Position numbers and translations under genes: made by a program | Assembly (NCBI GenBank): GCA_038046625.1 | Contig: JBBSVV010000009.1 | Coordinates: 1 to 14,172 of the forward strand | Length of the DNA: 14,172 nt | Direction: 5' to 3' | Source of the DNA: an archaeon | GTDB taxonomy: Archaea; Iainarchaeota; Iainarchaeia; Iainarchaeales; Iainarchaeaceae | Notes under the pieces: model-generated | What the model saw: only the letters and a program-made list of their open reading frames with translations | Told to the model about the DNA's origin: nothing | The model's database searches: none | Shown here: positions 7,278-13,564 of the stretch, in pieces | Numbering within the stretch: the stretch's first letter is position 1 | Layout of the letters: every line of letters begins with the position of its first letter

Positions 7278-8023
7278 TGGCAAAAAAAACTGAAGAAAAA
7301 ATAGTTTACGTGGATTCAAAGGGAAAAAGGCTTGACGGCAGAAAAGTCGAGGAATTGAGGCCGATAAAGATTCGCGCGGGCGTAATCCCGAGCGCGGACG
7401 GTTCGGCATATCTTGAGTGGGGGCAGAACAAGGTGTTTGCCGCGGTTCACGGGCCAAGGCCCTGTTTGCCGAAGCACACGGCATCCCCGTACAAGGCAGT
7501 GATTAAGTTCGACTACAAGATGGCCACGTTCAGCGTTCCGGACAGGAAAAACCCGAGGCCGAGCAGGCGCGAGATTGAAATCTCAAAGGTCTGTGGCGAG
7601 GCGCTTGAAAAGGCGATTTTCGTTGAAAGGTTCCCGAACACGGAAATAGTTGTCATTGTGGCAGTGATTGATTCAGATGCGGGCTCCAGGATAGCTTCCC
7701 TGACCGCGGCATCGGTTGCAATGGCTGACGCGGGAATCCCGATGCGCGACATGGTTACGGGAACGGGCATAGGAAGGGCCGGCGGAAAGATGCTAGTGGA
7801 TTTGAACAAGGCCGAGGAGGATGCCCCCGACGCGGTGGATATTCCGCTCGCGATTTTGCCTAATTCAAAGGAAATAGTCCTGCTTCAGATGGACGGAATA
7901 ATGACCAAGAAGGAATGGGAAGACGTGTATCCGCTTGGTGAAAAGGCCATAATGCAGGTTTATGAGCTGCAGAAAAACGCCCTGAAGGCAAAGTATGCTA
8001 AAAACGGAGTTGAGGAGAAATGA
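7277..8023 (+). CDS. rrp41: Exosome catalytic subunit Rrp41
   Basis: RNase PH fold: RLDGRK..ELRP, ADGSAYLEWG, VHGPR, SRREIEISKV, DAGSR, DAGIPMRD, LLQMDG. Confidence 0.96.
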   Translation: MAKKTEEKIVYVDSKGKRLDGRKVEELRPIKIRAGVIPSADGSAYLEWGQNKVFAAVHGPRPCLPKHTASPYKAVIKFDYKMATFSVPDRKNPRPSRREIEISKVCGEALEKAIFVERFPNTEIVVIVAVIDSDAGSRIASLTAASVAMADAGIPMRDMVTGTGIGRAGGKMLVDLNKAEEDAPDAVDIPLAILPNSKEIVLLQMDGIMTKKEWEDVYPLGEKAIMQVYELQKNALKAKYAKNGVEEK

Positions 8024-8799
8024 GCACACAGCTATGGGATTTGAGAGTGGACAAGGTAATCGCCGAGTTAAAGGAAGGAAGGCGCGGCGATTCAAGAAAA
8101 ATTGACGAGTACAGGAAACTGGAGGTAATCCGCGGAATCGGCGAGAATGCCGATGGTTCGGCAAGGGTGAAGCTCGGCAACACAGATGTTGTTGCCGGAG
8201 TAAAAATGATGGTAGGCGAACCATACCCTGATTCTCCGGACGAGGGAAGCATAAGCGTGGGCGCGGAATTATTGCCGCTCGCATCCCCTGATTTTGAGTT
8301 CGGCCCGCCGCGCGAAGGGGCAATTGAACTCTCGCGTGTGGTTGACAGGGGAATACGCGAAAGCGGGGCCGTTGATTTCAAGGGCCTCAGCATTGTCGGG
8401 GGCGAATCCTGCTGGGTTGGGTTTGTGGACATTTACGCAATCAACCATGACGGGAACCTCTTTGACGCGTGCAGCATTGCCGCTGTCGCGGCTTTGCTGG
8501 AGACAAAGATGCCAAAGCTCGAGAACAACAAGGTTGTGAAGGGCGAGTACAAGGGCAAGCTTTCCCTGAAATGCAGGCCCGTGCTGAATACTTTCGCAAA
8601 GGTCGGCAATGTGATTGTTGTTGACCCGGCACTTTCGGAGGAAAAGGCCATGAATGCGCGCTTTTCCGTGTGCATAATGGATGATGACGGCATCAGCGCT
8701 TACCAGAAAGGCCTTTCGGGCTCTTTCACAATAAGCGAAATAAACGGCACAATCGATACCGCAATCAAAAATAGCAAACAAATAAGAAAGTTATTGTGA
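8020..8799 (+). CDS. rrp42: Exosome structural subunit Rrp42
   Basis: GSARVKLGNT, GEPYPDSPDEG, PLASPDFEFGPP, ELSRVVDRGIRES, HDGNLFDA, VDP..EE. Confidence 0.96.
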   Translation: MSTQLWDLRVDKVIAELKEGRRGDSRKIDEYRKLEVIRGIGENADGSARVKLGNTDVVAGVKMMVGEPYPDSPDEGSISVGAELLPLASPDFEFGPPREGAIELSRVVDRGIRESGAVDFKGLSIVGGESCWVGFVDIYAINHDGNLFDACSIAAVAALLETKMPKLENNKVVKGEYKGKLSLKCRPVLNTFAKVGNVIVVDPALSEEKAMNARFSVCIMDDDGISAYQKGLSGSFTISEINGTIDTAIKNSKQIRKLL

Positions 8800-8818
8800 A
8801 GAGAATTGGTTATATAAC

Positions 8819-9265
8819 ATGGCACTTAAGAAAGTGGGCACAACAGGCCGTTACGGCTCGAGATACGGAGTAGGCATAAGGAAAAGGCTGCTCAAAATCG
8901 AGCCAACGCAGGTGCAGAGGCACTTGTGCCCCAATTGCGGTTCCCGAAAGGTGAGGCGCCAGAGCAAGGGAATTTTCCTTTGCTCCAAGTGCAGGCACGA
9001 GTTCATCGGGGGCGCGTATCTCCCGCAGACCCTCACAGGCGGCATCATTGGGAAAATGGTTTTGCAGAAGAACTTCGGGCTCCTGAATGAGCTTGAGGAG
9101 AAGAGGCAGAAGGCGGAAACGGAATCCGAATCCAATAGGGAAGAAGGGGAAACCGAGGCCGAACCGAAAAAAGTGATGAGTGCAAAGAAAAGGCGCGGAA
9201 AAGAAAAGGAAGCCGAAAAAGAGGGGCTCGAAGAGGCTGCGGAAGAAGTTGATGAAGGGGGTTGA
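8819..9265 (+). CDS. rpl37ae: 50S ribosomal protein L37ae (eL43) with a long charged C-terminal extension
   Basis: GRYGSRYG, CPNC...CSKC zinc ribbon, FIGGAYLP, followed by about 60-70 aa of Glu/Lys-rich tail. Confidence 0.95.
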   Translation: MALKKVGTTGRYGSRYGVGIRKRLLKIEPTQVQRHLCPNCGSRKVRRQSKGIFLCSKCRHEFIGGAYLPQTLTGGIIGKMVLQKNFGLLNELEEKRQKAETESESNREEGETEAEPKKVMSAKKRRGKEKEAEKEGLEEAAEEVDEGG

Positions 9266-9271
9266 GTGAAG

Positions 9272-9403
9272 ATGTACAAATGCTTGAGATGCGGAAAGGA
9301 AGTCCAGAGCCTCGTTGCGGGTTCCATAAGGTGCCCGGGCTGCGGGTACAAGATTTTCTCGAAAACAAGGGAACCTATCACAAAAACTATTCGGGCGAGA
9401 TGA
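9272..9403 (+). CDS. rpoP: DNA-directed RNA polymerase subunit P (Rpo12), 43 aa
   Basis: Not in the ORF track. Manual translation gives MYKCLRCGKEVQSLVAGSIRCPGCGYKIFSKTREPITKTIRAR*, the classic YxCxxC...IRCPxCGYKI pattern, in the conserved position after rpl37ae. Confidence 0.95.
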   Translation: MYKCLRCGKEVQSLVAGSIRCPGCGYKIFSKTREPITKTIRAR

Positions 9404-9663
9404 TGCCTTCGGCAGAAATAACCGCCGATTTTCCTGATTCGAAAAGTGCGGGGAACGCGGCAAGGTCATTAAAGGTTGAGCTTAAGCATGGCTTTGAAAG
9501 GCGCTCGAGGGCCTCAATAAAAACCAATAAAACTGTTGTTTACCTCACGATTAGTGCTTTGGATGAAAGCGCTTTAAAGGCTTCAAGGCATTCTTTTGAA
9601 AGGCTCTTAGGGCTTTGCAGCGGAATTTCTTTTATGGGGGGAACAAAAAATGGCGGACGTTAA
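9400..9663 (+). CDS. pcc1: KEOPS complex subunit Pcc1
   Basis: About 87 aa with Pcc1-like SL..E...RS...LTISALDESALKAS.HSF.RL. Sits between rpoP and pfdB with an ATGA overlap on the rpoP stop; ATG 9403 is the alternative start. The track's 9262 start is an over-extension. Confidence 0.85.
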   Translation: MMPSAEITADFPDSKSAGNAARSLKVELKHGFERRSRASIKTNKTVVYLTISALDESALKASRHSFERLLGLCSGISFMGGTKNGGR

Positions 9664-10006
9664 CAAGTCCATTCAGGAGTTCGAGAGGGGCAGGATACAG
9701 CTCTCGGCAATAGAGAGCCAGAGGCAGTCAATGGAGATACAGTCCAAGGCCATTGAAGAAGCCATTACCGAGCTTAAGGCCTCAAAGGAACAGAAGGTTT
9801 ACAAGGCCGCGGGAAACATCCTCATTCTTTCCGACGCAAAAAGGGTTGAGAAGGAACTAAAGGAACAAAAGGAAACAATGGACCTGCGCGTCAAAACCCT
9901 GAAGAAGCAGGAAGAGGCAATGCTTGACAAATTGAACAAGCTCAAGGCGGACATAGAAGGATTCCAGAAGCCCGCCGAATCAAAATCAAGTGAAAAGGAA
10001 GAGTAA
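9650..10006 (+). CDS. pfdB: Prefoldin subunit beta
   Basis: Coiled-coil arms around KVYKAAGNILI, then ELKEQKETMDLRVKTLKKQE; conserved synteny. Confidence 0.94.
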   Translation: MADVNKSIQEFERGRIQLSAIESQRQSMEIQSKAIEEAITELKASKEQKVYKAAGNILILSDAKRVEKELKEQKETMDLRVKTLKKQEEAMLDKLNKLKADIEGFQKPAESKSSEKEE

Positions 10007-10011
10007 TCCGG

Positions 10012-11019
10012 ATGCCGCTGAAGAGCCTTTCTCCGCTTTACGGAAAAAAGGTTCTTCTCCTGACGCATTCGGGCGCGGACGTTGATTCATTTGGAAGCGC
10101 CGCCGCAATCCAATTCTCATTGAAAGGCAAGGCCAATGCAGTCATCGGCGTTCCTGACCATTTGAACCTTCCCTCAAAGGCATTTGCGGAGCGCATCCGC
10201 GCTGATTATGAAATAAATCCCCCGTTCAGGAATTTCGGTGCGATAGTGTGCCTGGATTACAACAAGGCGTCTATGCTCGGCTCATTGAAAAGCGCTTTCG
10301 ATTCTTTTGAAGGGGAAAAATTCCTTATAGACCATCATGTCCCTGAAAAGGAGCGCCTTGCTCCGGAAAAAAATTCGCTCCAGAGCAAAGATGCCATTTC
10401 CACGACCGAACTGGTTTACTCTTTGCTTAAAAAATCGCGCATGAAAATCCCGAAAAAGGCGCTCGAGTGCATTGCCGCGGGAATAGTGACTGACTCCGCG
10501 GGCTTTTTGGTTGCCGACCACAAAACCTTTTCAATAATGGCGGAAGTGATGCGCGCGGCCGGAATCTCTTATGGCTCGCTGGTTTCGCTTTTCTCCGTTG
10601 AAAAGGATTTATCCCAGAAAATTGCGGCGCTTAAAGCCGCGCGGAGGTGCAGGATTTACAAGTCCCGGGAATCAATTTTTGTTTCCTCGGATGTCGGGGC
10701 CTTTGAGGCGGATTCCGCAACCGCATTGATAAGGGTCGGGGCGGATGTTGCTTTCTGCGGTTATGCCGAGAAGGGCAAAATACGCGTAAGCGGGCGCGTG
10801 AACAATTCATGGCTGAGGGAAAAAAAGTTTGACCTCGCGCGCGACGTCTTCAACCGCCTCAAAGAGTTCTTTGAGGGCGAGGGCGGGGGCCATCCCGGCG
10901 CGGCGGGCTTCAATGGTTCCGGCGGCAATATAGCGCCGGTGCTGGAGAAGTGCATTGCGCTTGCGCACGAATTCAATTCAAGGAATGAGAAGAATGCCGA
11001 ACTGAAAGAGTACCCATAA
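10012..11019 (+). CDS. DHH/DHHA1-family phosphoesterase (NrnA-like)
   Basis: THSGADVDSFGS, CLD, IDHH, GIVTDS, SGR and GGGHPGAAG motifs; commonly follows pfdB in archaea. Confidence 0.92.
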   Translation: MPLKSLSPLYGKKVLLLTHSGADVDSFGSAAAIQFSLKGKANAVIGVPDHLNLPSKAFAERIRADYEINPPFRNFGAIVCLDYNKASMLGSLKSAFDSFEGEKFLIDHHVPEKERLAPEKNSLQSKDAISTTELVYSLLKKSRMKIPKKALECIAAGIVTDSAGFLVADHKTFSIMAEVMRAAGISYGSLVSLFSVEKDLSQKIAALKAARRCRIYKSRESIFVSSDVGAFEADSATALIRVGADVAFCGYAEKGKIRVSGRVNNSWLREKKFDLARDVFNRLKEFFEGEGGGHPGAAGFNGSGGNIAPVLEKCIALAHEFNSRNEKNAELKEYP

Positions 11020-11049
11020 AATTCGGGAACTGCCTATCGAATTCAAAAA

Positions 11050-11340
11050 TTATTTTTTCCTTGTTTTTCTTTTCGCTTTTTTTCCGCTTTTTTTCTTTTC
11101 GCTTTTTTTTGCCGCGGTTTTTTTGTGTTTCCTTTTTTTTGGGCGCTTCGGTTTTGCGGCCGCGGCTTTCTGCACTTCTTCCTCGGCCGCGTTGAGGTTT
11201 TTCATTTCAGTGCGCGAGAGCAGCATGGCGTACTTCCTGTATTTTGTTTTTGCCCAGTGCTCGGGCTGCTTCTTTCGCAGCTTGAGCTCTTCCTTCAAAA
11301 GCGCGAGCCTGAGTTCTTCGGATGGGCCGCTCAAATCCAT
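11050..11340 (-). CDS. Small hypothetical protein with Lys/Arg-rich, histone H1-like C-terminal tail (96 aa)
   Basis: ATG at 11340 lies about 30 nt downstream of TTTAAATA (11377-11370). Tail reads KAAAAKPKRPKKRKHKKTAAKKSEKKKSGKKAKRKTRKK. Confidence 0.72.
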   Translation of the reverse strand: MDLSGPSEELRLALLKEELKLRKKQPEHWAKTKYRKYAMLLSRTEMKNLNAAEEEVQKAAAAKPKRPKKRKHKKTAAKKSEKKKSGKKAKRKTRKK

Positions 11341-11369
11341 GAAAACCAGTGAATTTACTGTTTTTCTGG

Positions 11370-11377
11370 TATTTAAA
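11370..11377 (-). promoter_or_regulatory. TATA box for the Lys-rich gene
   Basis: TTTAAATA at archaeal spacing from ATG 11340, implying a leaderless or short-leader transcript. Confidence 0.55.
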
Positions 11378-11444
11378 CCTGTATGGGGCAAACCGCCCGA
11401 ATTAGGTGCTTTGAGAGGTTAAATGCCTTTATTCAGGGCTTTCT

Positions 11445-11574
11445 ATTCCAAATTTTTTAACCTGAGAAAACAATTGTCCCACGCCGCAGGCCCGCGGCGG
11501 CAGGGCGGCTATCTTCGTTTGGACTCGATAGGCCTTCATTCCAAATTTTTTAATCTGAGAAAACAATTATCGCA
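11445..11574. repeat. 37-bp imperfect direct repeat (11445-11481 and 11538-11574) duplicating the 3' end of the Zn-ribbon gene
   Basis: attccaaattttttaaCctgagaaaacaattGtcCca versus attccaaattttttaaTctgagaaaacaattAtcGca: 34/37 identical, period 93 nt. Confidence 0.9.
11476..11506. repeat. Second partial copy of the palindromic element found in rnp2
   Basis: gtcCcacgccgcaGgcccgcggcggCagggc versus 4162-4192 gtcGcacgccgcaAgcccgcggcggGagggc. The CGCCGC/GCGGCG stem is intact in both. Confidence 0.8.
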
Positions 11575-11856
11575 GATGAATTTTTCCTTGAAATCCATGC
11601 CATGTTCGCTGAGCTCATTGCAGAGTATGCATTCCCTCGCGTTTTCCATGATGCGCCTCTGCTGGCTCCACTCGTACAATAAATCCCAGTTCAGCCAGGG
11701 CGGCAGGACAAGCTCTTTCAAAACGGTTTTGTCGTTCTGCTGTATGCGCCTCACATGCGAAGGGACGATTGATTTGTGGAGGTCATTGAGGTACTTGATG
11801 CGGTCCTTTTGCCCGCGCTTAATCATCTCGAAAAGCCTTTGCTCCCACAGGTCCAT
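11536..11856 (-). CDS. Hypothetical protein with C-terminal CxxC...CxxC zinc ribbon (106 aa)
   Basis: ECILCNE...FKEKFICDNCF; TATA-like TTAAATA at 11887-11881 upstream of the ATG. Confidence 0.8.
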   Translation of the reverse strand: MDLWEQRLFEMIKRGQKDRIKYLNDLHKSIVPSHVRRIQQNDKTVLKELVLPPWLNWDLLYEWSQQRRIMENARECILCNELSEHGMDFKEKFICDNCFLRLKNLE

Positions 11857-11899
11857 GCAGCATGAGAATGGGTTTCAGGCTATTTAACACTTTTCATTT

Positions 11900-12271
11900 T
11901 TACAGGTAAACTATTTTGTTTCCCTCGCGGATTTTCTGCCGCTCCGCATACGCAATGAGGTAATGCGCCGTGCTCTTCGGAATTCCGGTTATCCTTTCTA
12001 TTTCACGGAAAGTCCTGTGGTCCCTGTGAAGCTCTATTATTTCAGCCATTTTCTGCACGGGAATGCCGATAGGCCTGCCGCGCGCGCTTTCAAGGAGCAT
12101 ATTCACGTTCTTTTCCTTTACCATTGCCCTTGCCGAGAAGCTCATGCGTTCGAACGCGCTCTTTGGCATGCGCAATTCATCAACGCCGCCTTTAATGTCG
12201 CGCTTCAGCTCGCTTATTTTTGGAGCCCTTGCATAATGCTTTGATTCTGCCACGGAAAACACCTTACTCAT
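11900..12271 (-). CDS. Helix-turn-helix protein, N-terminal part reminiscent of archaeal DUF1699 (123 aa)
   Basis: GRP hook followed by HTH RTFREIERITGIPKSTAHYL. ATG 12271 chosen because the track's 12478 start overlaps ribBA. The DUF1699 resemblance (ELRMPKSAFERMS) is from recall only. Confidence 0.8.
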   Translation of the reverse strand: MSKVFSVAESKHYARAPKISELKRDIKGGVDELRMPKSAFERMSFSARAMVKEKNVNMLLESARGRPIGIPVQKMAEIIELHRDHRTFREIERITGIPKSTAHYLIAYAERQKIREGNKIVYL

Positions 12272-12283
12272 TTTTGTTAATCG

Positions 12284-12297
12284 TAACGCTTTTAAGT
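12284..12297 (+). promoter_or_regulatory. BRE/TATA promoter for ribBA
   Basis: TAACGCTTTTAAGT about 33-40 nt before ATG 12330. The same AACGCTTTTA core precedes the EamA gene. Confidence 0.5.
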
Positions 12298-12329
12298 AAT
12301 TGTTGCGGGGTTCATTAATAGTGGGTCTC

Positions 12330-13526
12330 ATGGGTTTTAAATTCGATTCAGTTGAAAGCGCCGCAAGTGCCCTTGCCAAGGGCGGAATGGTTGTCATGGT
12401 TGATGATGAGCGCCGCGAGAACGAGGGTGATTTGGTTATTGCGGCGGAAAAGGTTACCGCGGAGCACCTGAATTTCATGGCGCGTGAAGCGCGCGGCCTG
12501 ATCTGCGTCCCTATTACGCAGGAAAAGGCGCTTCAATTGGATTTGCCGCGCATGACCCAGAACAAGGACAAGTTTGAAACGCCTTTCACTGTTTCGGTTG
12601 ATGCCGCGGGAACCTCTACAGGAATAAGCATCAAGGACCGCCTTTTGACAATCAAAACAATTCTCAGCGATTCTTCAAAACCGGAGTCTTTGCACAGGCC
12701 GGGGCACGTTTTTCCCCTGGTTTCAAAGGAAGGGTGCGTTCTGCAGAGGGCCGGGCATACAGAGGGCGCAATTGATTTGGTGAAGCTCGCGAAATTAAAG
12801 CCCGTTGCGGTGATTTGCGAGATAATGAATGAGGACGGCTCCATGGCGCGCCTTCCCGAACTCCGGAAGTTTGCCAAGAAGCACTCATTGAAGCTTGTGA
12901 CTTTGAAGGATTTGATTCAGTACAGGCTGAGGAAAGGCCTGCAGATTAAGCGCATTGCGGAGGCCAACCTTCCTACCGATTTCGGGGATTTCAAGGCTGT
13001 CGGCTTCCTTGATCTTGCGGGAAACCATGAATACCTCGCGCTTGTGAAAGGAAAAGTTGCCGGCAAAAAAAACGTTCTTGTGAGGGTTCATAGTGCCTGC
13101 CTTACCGGGGATGTGTTCCACAGCAAGAGATGTGATTGCAATGAGCAGCTGCACATTGCGCTGGAAAGGATAAATGCCGAGGGCCGGGGCGTTGTTCTTT
13201 ACATTCCGCATCACGAAGGCCGGGGAATAGGCCTTTTGAACAAGCTGCGCGCATATGAGTTGCAGGAGAAGGGCAAGGACACTGTTGAGGCAAACCTTGC
13301 TTTGGGGCTTCCGAGCGACAGGCGCGAATTCGGTACGGGCGCGCAGATTCTTTGCGACTTGGGCTTGACAAGCATAAGGGTTCTCACTAACAACCCGAAA
13401 AAATTGGCTGCCTTGGAAGGCTTCGGATTGAAAATTACCGCGCAAGTTCCGATTAAGGTGCACGCGAACGAGTACAACAGGAAATACCTGAGAACCAAGA
13501 AACAGAGAATGGGCCACTTATTGTAG
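12330..13526 (+). CDS. ribBA: Bifunctional 3,4-dihydroxy-2-butanone-4-phosphate synthase / GTP cyclohydrolase II
   Basis: RibB: DDERRENEGD, FTVSVDA, RPGHVFPL, RAGHTEG, ICEIMNEDG. RibA: LVRVHSACLTGDVFHSKRCDC, EGRGIGLLNKLRAY, DTVEAN, LTNNPKK, YLRTKKQRMGH. Confidence 0.97.
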   Translation: MGFKFDSVESAASALAKGGMVVMVDDERRENEGDLVIAAEKVTAEHLNFMAREARGLICVPITQEKALQLDLPRMTQNKDKFETPFTVSVDAAGTSTGISIKDRLLTIKTILSDSSKPESLHRPGHVFPLVSKEGCVLQRAGHTEGAIDLVKLAKLKPVAVICEIMNEDGSMARLPELRKFAKKHSLKLVTLKDLIQYRLRKGLQIKRIAEANLPTDFGDFKAVGFLDLAGNHEYLALVKGKVAGKKNVLVRVHSACLTGDVFHSKRCDCNEQLHIALERINAEGRGVVLYIPHHEGRGIGLLNKLRAYELQEKGKDTVEANLALGLPSDRREFGTGAQILCDLGLTSIRVLTNNPKKLAALEGFGLKITAQVPIKVHANEYNRKYLRTKKQRMGHLL

Positions 13527-13529
13527 GGT

Positions 13530-13543
13530 AAACGCTTTTATTC
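13530..13543 (+). promoter_or_regulatory. BRE/TATA-like promoter for the EamA gene
   Basis: AAACGCTTTTATTC about 25-30 nt upstream of ATG 13565. Confidence 0.45.
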
Positions 13544-13564
13544 TAAATCGCTTTACTTGGTTCC

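Noticed and set aside
9262..9399. N-terminal extension of Pcc1 in the ORF track
   Set aside because: This stretch is occupied by rpoP in another frame.
11443..11538. Stop-codon readthrough or selenocysteine at the TGA, extending to the in-frame duplicate
   Set aside because: An in-frame TAG occurs nine codons after the TGA, before the duplicate is reached.
11445..11574. CRISPR mini-array or DGR template/variable repeat pair
   Set aside because: Only two copies, one of them coding; no cas or reverse transcriptase gene nearby; mismatches fall at third codon positions and are not adenine-specific.
11423..11887. 154-aa plus-strand ORF with repeated SKFFNLRKQLS
   Set aside because: It is antisense to the Zn-ribbon gene, and the peptide repeat only reflects the 93-nt-period DNA duplication.
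12272..12329. FMN riboswitch upstream of ribBA
   Set aside because: The intergenic space is only 58 nt and lacks RFN consensus sequence.
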